Shown in pieces: positions 25,467 through 32,000 of a DNA stretch of 32,000 bases. The stretch comes from Synechocystis sp. PCC 6803 substr. PCC-P (GTDB taxonomy: Bacteria; Cyanobacteriota; Cyanobacteriia; Cyanobacteriales; Microcystaceae), in assembly GCF_000284455.1 (NCBI RefSeq), contig NC_017039.1, positions 360,001 to 392,000 of the forward strand, in the 5' to 3' direction. The notes beneath the pieces were generated by a model. That model searched no databases. It was not told the DNA's origin and worked only from the letters and a program-made list of their open reading frames with translations. The position numbers were made by a program, and so were the translations under genes. The first letter of the stretch is position 1; each line of letters starts with the position of its first letter.

Positions 25467-26012
25467 ATGGTTACCCTGCTGAAATGGACAGTTCCAGACT
25501 ATCACCACCTCATTGAACAGGGGCTATTGGACGGTAAGAAAGTGGAACTTTTAGACGGAGACCTAGTGACCATGGCTCCCGAAGGACCACTCCATAGCTA
25601 CACCACCACCACCGTTGCCGACTATCTGCGCCAAAACCTGCACGGATTAGCTCTAGTGAGGGAAGCCCATCCCATTACCCTGAGTCAATCTGAACCGGAA
25701 CCTGACATTGCCATTGTTCTAGCTCCCCAGGAGCGCTACAAAGAAAGGCATCCTCAGGCCGACGATATTTTTTGGTTAATTGAAATAGCTAACAGTACCC
25801 AAGCCTACGACCTCAACGACAAAAAACAAATCTACGCTCAAGAAGGCATCCCCGAATATTGGGTGGCAGACCTAAGCAAACGCCAATTATTTATTTTTCG
25901 AGCACCAGACAAAGAAGATTATCGCCTGCAACAAACCCACTCCGAAGGTATCATCCGTAGCCAAGCCTTTCCCGAAATAAAAATATCAGTACAAGAAATG
26001 TTCCATTGGTAG
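25467..26012 (+). CDS. Uma2-family (DUF820) putative endonuclease
   Basis: 181-aa ORF with VELLDGDLVTMAPEGPLHSYTTTTV, EPEPDIAIV, WLIEIANST and YAQEGIPEYWVADL. Confidence 0.85.
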   Translation: MVTLLKWTVPDYHHLIEQGLLDGKKVELLDGDLVTMAPEGPLHSYTTTTVADYLRQNLHGLALVREAHPITLSQSEPEPDIAIVLAPQERYKERHPQADDIFWLIEIANSTQAYDLNDKKQIYAQEGIPEYWVADLSKRQLFIFRAPDKEDYRLQQTHSEGIIRSQAFPEIKISVQEMFHW

Positions 26013-26027
26013 CTCTCCGACCATTGG

Positions 26028-26058
26028 CCAAACTGAAACCATGGCAAGTTTTCTGGCC
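26028..26058 (+). repeat. Head block copy 5 (fragment): CCAAACTGAAACC-ATGGCAAGTTTTCTGGCC, marking the right edge of the array
   Basis: Matches the first ~18 nt of the unit ORF plus 13 nt upstream. Homology then ends (short ORF MASFLAVFLLLCFW*). Confidence 0.65.
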
Positions 26059-26176
26059 GTATTCTTGCTCCTTTGTTTTTGGTAACCAACTGAGCGACCG
26101 CAGCATTCTCCCAAATTCTAAATAAATTCCGTTGTTTTTGCTGTCGAACCAGTTAATTTTGGCGTAAATTATTACC

Positions 26177-26719
26177 ATGCAACTTAATCAATACCAGCAA
26201 GGAGAATATCACCCTGGAGCCCCGCTGTTTAAACAATTGCTATGGTATTCCATTGGGGATTTTTTAGTCCAAACGCCCCTACTGCCCATGGCCAGGCTGA
26301 AGGTAGCTATCCTGCGATTATTCGGGGCCAAAATTGGTACAGGAGTTAATATCAAACCCCACGTCAAGATCAAATTCCCTTGGCGGCTAACCCTGGGCAA
26401 TTACGTTTGGCTGGGGGAAAAATGTTGGATTGATAACCTCGCCCCGGTTACCATTGAGTCCCATGTGTGTATTTCCCAGGGCGTTTACCTATGCACTGGC
26501 AACCACGATTGGAGTAAACCCAGCTTTGACCTAATCACCAGTCCGATTCACATCGCCGCTGGCAGTTGGATCGGTGCTAGCGCCGTTATTGGACCTGGAG
26601 TACGGGTGAATGAAAAGGCAGTTTTGACTTTGGGGTCTGTGGCTGTCAAAGATTTGGCGGCTATGACCATCTACTCTGGCAATCCCTGTCAGCCGGTCAA
26701 AAAACGGCAACTCCTCTGA
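26177..26719 (+). CDS. WcaF-like hexapeptide-repeat (LbH) polysaccharide O-acetyltransferase
   Basis: 180-aa ORF with LWYSIGDFLVQTPLLPMARLKVAILRLFGAKIGTGVNIKP...GNYVWLGEKCWIDNLAPVTIESHVCISQGVYLCTGNHDW. Confidence 0.85.
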   Translation: MQLNQYQQGEYHPGAPLFKQLLWYSIGDFLVQTPLLPMARLKVAILRLFGAKIGTGVNIKPHVKIKFPWRLTLGNYVWLGEKCWIDNLAPVTIESHVCISQGVYLCTGNHDWSKPSFDLITSPIHIAAGSWIGASAVIGPGVRVNEKAVLTLGSVAVKDLAAMTIYSGNPCQPVKKRQLL

Positions 26720-26782
26720 AATTACGCCAGGTAAAAACTAACTTTTGTTGTTAGTACCTTTAGGGATTTGATCTAATTATTG

Positions 26783-28057
26783 ATGAAGCTAACCATTCTT
26801 AACCAATTTTATCCCCCTGACTATGCGGCCACGGGGCAACTGCTAGAAGAACTGTCCATCGAACTGTCCAAAAAAGAGCTTGATGTGCAAATTTTTGCTG
26901 GGCAACCGGGTTATGCATTTGATCAGGAACTTGCCCCATCCCAGGAAGTCTCTCAGGGAGTTTTGATCAGAAGAACTAGGACTTCCCGCCTCTGGCCCCA
27001 GAGATTACGGGGGCGGGCGATCGCCGGAATTTTGTATTGTTTACGCGCCATCGTCAAACTCAGATTAGGGAGCAGACTGGGGGATTTGATTCTTGTTACT
27101 ACAGAGCCTCCCTACCTAATGGTGGTGGCCTATATCCTGCATTTGTTATACAAAAAACCCTATATCTGCCTGATTTATGATCTCTACCCCGATGTGGCAG
27201 TGAAGTTGGGGGTGGCGAAGGAAAAGGATGCCATTGTTAAATTGTGGCGTTGGCTAAATCGTTTAACTTGGCAAAAGGCAGAGGCTATTATTGTGCTCAG
27301 CGAGAGCATGGCTAAGGTGATCGCGGACCAACAACCAGCCCTAGCAGGGAAAATTGAGGTGGTCCATAACTGGGCGGATGGAGTGTTAATCCAACCAAGG
27401 GCCAAAGCTGATAACTGGTTTGCCCAACGCCATGGCTTGGACCGGACATTTACCGTACTGTATTCCGGTAATCTGGGACGGTGCCACGACCTGGAAACTG
27501 TTATGGAAGCGGCTCGCCTACTGCAGCAAGAAGAAGTCCAGTTTGTTTTTATTGGAGCTGGTGCTAAGGCCCCAGTCTGTCAAGAATTCGTACAACGCCA
27601 CCAGTTAACTAATTGTTTATTTTTGCCCTTCCAACCCAAGCCGGTTTTGCCCTTTTCCCTCACCGCCTGCGACCTGAGCTTGGTTTCCATTTTGCCCCAG
27701 GTGGAAGGGCTGGTGGTCCCGAGCAAATTCTATGGCTGTTTGGCCGCAGGCACGGCGATCGCCGCCATTTGTCCCCCCCATTCCTATTTACGGGAAATTA
27801 TTGCCGAAGCTCAATGTGGAGCAACCATTGATAACGGAGACGGGGCAGGATTGGCTCAATTTATCCTTCAACTTAAGAATAATCCCCGCCGAACAGCAAC
27901 CATGGGGCGTCGAGGCCGCCAATATTTTGAAGAAAACTTTACCCTGGACACCATTGCGGACCAATACCTATCTGTCATTACTAAAGTGGGCGATGAAGAA
28001 GTCGCCAAGCTCCAAGCAAATAAATTCTGTAACCATCCTGACTCAAGCTTGCTTTAA
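26783..28057 (+). CDS. Glycosyltransferase family 4 (WcaI-like)
   Basis: The track ORF starts at TTG 26780; ATG 26783 is preferred. Motifs: ILNQFYPPDYAATGQLLEEL, VLYSGNLGRCHDL, VVPSKFYGCLAAG. Confidence 0.85.
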   Translation: MKLTILNQFYPPDYAATGQLLEELSIELSKKELDVQIFAGQPGYAFDQELAPSQEVSQGVLIRRTRTSRLWPQRLRGRAIAGILYCLRAIVKLRLGSRLGDLILVTTEPPYLMVVAYILHLLYKKPYICLIYDLYPDVAVKLGVAKEKDAIVKLWRWLNRLTWQKAEAIIVLSESMAKVIADQQPALAGKIEVVHNWADGVLIQPRAKADNWFAQRHGLDRTFTVLYSGNLGRCHDLETVMEAARLLQQEEVQFVFIGAGAKAPVCQEFVQRHQLTNCLFLPFQPKPVLPFSLTACDLSLVSILPQVEGLVVPSKFYGCLAAGTAIAAICPPHSYLREIIAEAQCGATIDNGDGAGLAQFILQLKNNPRRTATMGRRGRQYFEENFTLDTIADQYLSVITKVGDEEVAKLQANKFCNHPDSSLL

Positions 28058-28151
28058 CCAAAGGGTCTGACAAACAAGTCATCTGCCACCGGACAACTGA
28101 ATCAATCCACTTGTTAGCTACAGTGATGGCAGGAATTTAGGGTTTATCAAG

Positions 28152-29303
28152 TTGCTGACCAACATTTTGACCAAAATTGCATTGAGGCTCATACTGCCAA
28201 TCGTTTGCTTTACCCTGGTGGCCTGTGGGGTTTCCCCCGATGCGGTGCAAGCAGAGTCCCGCCTATTTTTACCCCTGTCCTTGGAATTTTTAGATAGCTA
28301 TACCCTACCGAAACAAGCAATAGAGGATTTACCGGTTGGAGGCATTTCCGACCTTACCTATGATCGCCAACAGGATCTTTTTTATGCCGTCACCGACGAT
28401 CGGCGATCGCCTCGGTTCTACACCATGCACCTCACCATAGTCCCTGGGCAAGAGGGCATCGGGATTGCCAAAGCAGAAATAGTGGGAATGACCAAGCTCA
28501 GAACCAGCGGAGGGGAAGCCTACGGTCGTCAATTGTTAGACCCAGAAGGCATTGCCCTGTCTCCCCGCCAAACCCTGTTCATCAGCAGTGAAGGGGTTTT
28601 ATCGAGCCAAAGCCCGCCCTTAATTGCCGAATTTGATCCCCAAACGGGTCAGGAGTTGGAGCGATTGCCCCTGCCCAGCCGATTTTTGCCCCAAGCAGAC
28701 CGACCCCAGGGCATCCGGGATAACTTCGGTTTTGAGGCTTTAACCATTGCCGCCACTAGCACCCTAGCGGACGATCCTTTTCGCCTTTTTACTGCCACGG
28801 AAAGTGTTTTAGCCCAGGACTTTGACCCGGAGAATCCCCCCCAAGAAATTCCCTTACGGTGGTTGCATTACGTAATTAACTCCGTCGGGGCACCAGTTTT
28901 AGTCAGTGAAAATCTTTACCCCCTTGATCCAGCTCCAGCGGGCACTCTGCTCCATGGCCTAAGCGCCATGGTGGCTTTACCCAGGGAAGGTTATTTTCTC
29001 ACTTTAGAACGAACCTTTGGACTGACGGGATTCCAGGGCAAAATTTTCCAAACGGTCAATGCCAATGCCACCGACACCAGCCGCATAGCTAGCTTTCAGC
29101 CTGGTACCAACACCATTAACCCGATGCGCAAAGAACTACTGCTCGATCTGGAGGATTTGGGCATTGAGTTGGATAATCTAGAAGGAATCACCCTGGGGCC
29201 CCGCTTACCAGACGGTTCCACCAGTTTAATTGCCATCAGTGACGATAACTTTAGTGGGGATCAAAGCACCCAAATCCTACTTTTCCGTTTGCAGGGGGTT
29301 TAG
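28152..29303 (+). CDS. Lipoprotein of the esterase-like-activity-of-phytase family (beta-propeller-like)
   Basis: 383-aa ORF with signal peptide and lipobox (FTLVAC-G). GISDLTYDRQQDLFYAVTDDR and LEGITLGP...LIAISDDNF recall the phytase-like esterase family. TTG start. Confidence 0.6.
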   Translation: MLTNILTKIALRLILPIVCFTLVACGVSPDAVQAESRLFLPLSLEFLDSYTLPKQAIEDLPVGGISDLTYDRQQDLFYAVTDDRRSPRFYTMHLTIVPGQEGIGIAKAEIVGMTKLRTSGGEAYGRQLLDPEGIALSPRQTLFISSEGVLSSQSPPLIAEFDPQTGQELERLPLPSRFLPQADRPQGIRDNFGFEALTIAATSTLADDPFRLFTATESVLAQDFDPENPPQEIPLRWLHYVINSVGAPVLVSENLYPLDPAPAGTLLHGLSAMVALPREGYFLTLERTFGLTGFQGKIFQTVNANATDTSRIASFQPGTNTINPMRKELLLDLEDLGIELDNLEGITLGPRLPDGSTSLIAISDDNFSGDQSTQILLFRLQGV

Positions 29304-30455
29304 CAACGGCGCCAAATGATCAATGACTGGTTCCCGGCCGACGGTTAGGTGGTGGGCCAGTTTTTGCGCTAGGGGCGGCACATAGACCAAGGGATGGGTG
29401 AAGCCGGTGAACAACACCAACCCCGGTAGATTAGGCATTTCCCCCACTAGGGGTAGGGTTTGGCCACTAAAGGCCACTAAACAATGGTGGGCGGTGACCG
29501 GCAGTAGGGCCAGGCGGGGTAAAATTTTGGCGATCGCCGTTTGTAGCTGCTGTTGGGCCCAGGCCAGGTCGGGATGATAGCGGGGGGAAGTCACCAGTTG
29601 GCTAATTTGACCGATGAATAATCTGCCATCGAAAAACTGCACCGCTCCGGGTTCCACAACCGTGGCGACGCAATGGTCATCGGGCCGATGCCAATCTAAA
29701 GTCGGGGCTAGGGCTTCTAAATTGGGGCGTTGCTGTAAATCCGCCGGCATAATCACACAGCGGAGATTTTCTTGGGTAGGGACTGTTTGCAGCACAGCGG
29801 CATGGGTGAAATAGAGGGGCAAATTAATACCCGACTCCGGTAGCAGAGCAAGGCTTTGACCCCCCCCCGCCAGAATAACGTTATGGGCAAAAAAGTTTCC
29901 CGCCCCAGTGTGGACCCCCTGCACCCGGTTTTGCTTGGTAATTAATCCTTGCACCTCGGTGATGCGGACTATGCCTCCTAGCCGGAGAAAGGCTTGGAGA
30001 TAGGCGTTAACGGTTTTGCCGCCGTGGCAGTGGCCCTGGGGCACCACAAATCCGCCGCCAATGCCGTCCGGGCTAAGTTGGGGTTCAATGGCGATCGCCG
30101 TTAAACGGTCCACCCATTGAGGCCGAATTAAACAATGGTCAAACTGCTTAGCTAGGGCCTGGGCATCATCCTCAGGACGGAGATAGAGTAATAGCTCTAA
30201 CTCTCGATATTCCGTTTCTCCCCCCAACTCCTGGCTCAAATGGGTCCAACGATAGCGACTTTCATGGCCCAATTGCCGCTGTAGAGGAGTGGCCCCAGCC
30301 CAATAGATAATGCCACCATAGCTCAGGGCCGTGGCGTTGATAGGCTGACGATGTTTTTCGAGTAATAGTACTCGTTGCCCTTGGTTTTGCAATTCATAGG
30401 CGATCGCCGCTCCGGTAATGCCGGCCCCGACCACAATGGCATCGAAATTTTCCAT
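29277..30455 (-). CDS. FAD-dependent oxidoreductase (DAO/glycine-oxidase-like)
   Basis: 392-aa ORF whose N-terminus is DAIVVGAGITGAAIAYEL...RVLLLEK (GxGxxG plus acidic residue). Its 3-prime end overlaps the convergent gene by 27 nt. Confidence 0.85.
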   Translation of the reverse strand: MENFDAIVVGAGITGAAIAYELQNQGQRVLLLEKHRQPINATALSYGGIIYWAGATPLQRQLGHESRYRWTHLSQELGGETEYRELELLLYLRPEDDAQALAKQFDHCLIRPQWVDRLTAIAIEPQLSPDGIGGGFVVPQGHCHGGKTVNAYLQAFLRLGGIVRITEVQGLITKQNRVQGVHTGAGNFFAHNVILAGGGQSLALLPESGINLPLYFTHAAVLQTVPTQENLRCVIMPADLQQRPNLEALAPTLDWHRPDDHCVATVVEPGAVQFFDGRLFIGQISQLVTSPRYHPDLAWAQQQLQTAIAKILPRLALLPVTAHHCLVAFSGQTLPLVGEMPNLPGLVLFTGFTHPLVYVPPLAQKLAHHLTVGREPVIDHLAPLLNPLQTEK

Positions 30456-30736
30456 TAACCTTGATTAACAATTTGGCCCAAGGCGGCAAAACCCGGCACT
30501 TTCCCCGCTGAGGCGGCACCATCTTTCTCCGAAACAATGACCGCACTAATCTGATCGCTCATAATGGCCACCTTTTTCTCCGTCTGCTTTTCACAGGTGA
30601 GTTCCAACACTTGGGGGCGATCGCCCTGCATGGCAGTGACAATGGTCTGATAGAGTGCTTCCGCCCCATCCTTTTCCTTGCGCTGTACGGACACGGGCAT
30701 GGGGGAATATTTAAGGGTCAAATCAATGCTGATCAT
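30455..30736 (-). CDS. Small conserved hypothetical protein (93 aa, start moved to the internal ATG)
   Basis: The track ORF runs to 30877, but its first 47 codons look like off-frame read-in. [21 protein letters not shown]... starts at 30736. The stop overlaps the downstream FAD-oxidoreductase start (TAATG). Family not recognised. Confidence 0.45.
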   Translation of the reverse strand: MISIDLTLKYSPMPVSVQRKEKDGAEALYQTIVTAMQGDRPQVLELTCEKQTEKKVAIMSDQISAVIVSEKDGAASAGKVPGFAALGQIVNQG

Positions 30737-31006
30737 AGGGGAACCGTAAACGGGAAGTGGTGAAACAGTCTTGCGACTCTCCCTATCTAGGTTATAGTTT
30801 TTTTGCCAAGAAGGGGGGAAAGCACCAGTTCCCAGGGCACTAAACCGCCAAGCTGCAATCCTCGTTTGTTTAAACAACAGCGCGACAAAGTTGAAATACC
30901 TTTTCCATGGAAGACGTAAAATTCTTGATCGGCTCGATTTTATTTTAGTTAGCCATAAAATCCTAAGGTAATGTCGGGCAGTTCTACATGGATAAATGAA
31001 TAAACA

Positions 31007-31942
31007 CTAGTCCCCATGGGAGATCTGGTGCCAGGGGGGTAACTGGATTAAATCTTCCAGGTTGGCCTGCATAGTCTGGCAAATTTGGTCTAAGGGCAGA
31101 TCGTTGGCATCGTGGCCGAAGGGGTTTTCAATCTCCACTCCAATTTCTTCAATGCCGAAGACAGTGAAAGCGATAATTCCCACCACAAAAGCCGTGGCCC
31201 AATGGAGGGTATTCACAATCTGGAAAGGGGTAATGAAGCAATAGAGAAAGATTAGCTGGCGCAAATGGATGGCGTAGGCCAGGGGAATGGGGGTTTTTAA
31301 AATTCGTTCGCAACTGCCCAACACATCCACCATGGTGTCTACCAAGCGCAACATGGCGGTGAGCTGATAGGCATTAATATTGTTTTGGTCGTATTCCCGT
31401 TGCAGATAATTACTGATCCAAAAGGCGATTTCTAAGGGTGGATTATTTAGGTCCTCAAGCTTCCGGTAACCGGATTCCGGCAACAGAGCCCAAATTTCTT
31501 CATTTAGGGGTTGAGAGCGCAGGTGTAACTTTGTGGCCACGGCAAAGGCCACCAGAAGATGCAGAATTTTAATTTTGTCTTGGTGGGCTTGGGGACTGGG
31601 TTCTGCCACCGAAACCCAAATGATCCGAGAGAGGTTACGAATGGTGTTGACCATGGTGCCCCAAGCTTTGCGTCCTTCCCAAAAACGTTCATAGGCGGTG
31701 TTGGTGCGAAACACTAACAGCAATCCCAACACAATGCTGGGCACAATGCTCTCCTGGATGGGAATGGAAAATTTATATCCCCAACCATCCACCAGGGTCA
31801 CCCCCAGGGAAAAGGCCATACACACTAGCACCCGGGAGGCGATCGCCGGAATAACGGAACCTTGCCAACGCAGCAGTATGTCCGTCCATATGCGGGGCGA
31901 TCGGGATGGATGGTGGCTGAAAAAGCTCAAGAATTTGCTCAA
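31007..31942 (-). CDS. Bestrophin/YneE (UPF0187)-family anion channel
   Basis: 311-aa ORF with LLVFRTNTAYERFWEGRKAWG and several TM helices, typical of bacterial bestrophin homologs. Confidence 0.85.
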   Translation of the reverse strand: MSKFLSFFSHHPSRSPRIWTDILLRWQGSVIPAIASRVLVCMAFSLGVTLVDGWGYKFSIPIQESIVPSIVLGLLLVFRTNTAYERFWEGRKAWGTMVNTIRNLSRIIWVSVAEPSPQAHQDKIKILHLLVAFAVATKLHLRSQPLNEEIWALLPESGYRKLEDLNNPPLEIAFWISNYLQREYDQNNINAYQLTAMLRLVDTMVDVLGSCERILKTPIPLAYAIHLRQLIFLYCFITPFQIVNTLHWATAFVVGIIAFTVFGIEEIGVEIENPFGHDANDLPLDQICQTMQANLEDLIQLPPWHQISHGD

Positions 31943-32000
31943 AATTTGCTCTCCCCCAACTTAGATAAACATTGCCAATCTAGGGGAATAATGGCCACAG

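Noticed and set aside
22342-26058. The five-fold repeated CCATGGCAAGTTTTCTGGC block considered as a CRISPR-like or integron attC-like array
   Set aside because: Spacing is irregular (703-1061 nt) and far too long for CRISPR. The repeats evolve in codon phase (synonymous-only). They have no attC-type imperfect inverted-repeat structure, and no cas or intI gene is present. The region is kept as a finding, but not under those labels.
25951-26178. 75-aa minus-strand ORF covering the Uma2-2 tail, head block 5 and the spacer
   Set aside because: It overlaps a well-supported plus-strand gene and a conserved plus-strand repeat. It has no recognisable motifs and is a likely shadow ORF.
27613-28070. 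Alternative plus-frame ORFs (72 and 112 aa) inside the WcaI-like GT gene
   Set aside because: They are off-frame shadows in a GC-rich gene, with Pro/Arg/Gly-rich nonsense-like composition. The main frame has clear GT4 motifs.
30737-30877. N-terminal 47-codon extension of the small minus-strand ORF
   Set aside because: The extension ([36 protein letters not shown]...) looks like read-in from the intergenic region. The compact domain starts at [10 protein letters not shown], so the start was moved to 30736. Confidence is only moderate.

Overview
The window looks cyanobacterial, probably a Synechocystis PCC 6803-type chromosome. Evidence: 16 copies of the HIP1 octamer GCGATCGC and a 947-bp IS630/Tc1-type element that matches my recollection of ISY100. 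No database search was possible, so all family names come from motif recognition. About 26 kb is a plus-strand surface-polysaccharide (O-antigen/EPS-type) cluster. It holds a DegT aminotransferase, an ATP-grasp enzyme, a phosphatase-like/epimerase fusion, four methyltransferase-type genes (one broken), about eleven glycosyltransferases, galE, gmd, a Wzy-like polymerase and a WcaF-like acetyltransferase. The right end carries housekeeping-type genes: a phytase-like lipoprotein, an FAD oxidoreductase, a small conserved ORF and a bestrophin-family channel. Three things stand out. (1) At 22.3-26.1 kb a 3.7-kb array of conserved head and tail blocks is wedged between two polysaccharide genes. The blocks are the two ends of a small gene (MASFLALLPRSLTTFLY...LSFLQEYGE). 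The interiors and spacers hold different cargo in every slot: hicBA, a galE stump, a DUF4258/DUF2283-like pair and two Uma2 nucleases. Head and tail differ between copies only by synonymous changes. The two intact copies show a switch of substitution phase to the +1 frame, which encodes a heptad coiled coil. (2) A MazF/PemK-like TA pair at 5.08-5.62 kb is bracketed by two diverged copies of the 3-prime end of the CmcI-like gene. (3) The stretch from about 1.2 to 19 kb is visibly AT-rich and contains only one HIP1 site, against 14 in the last 12 kb. It ends at the IS element. No rRNA, tRNA or CRISPR array was seen.
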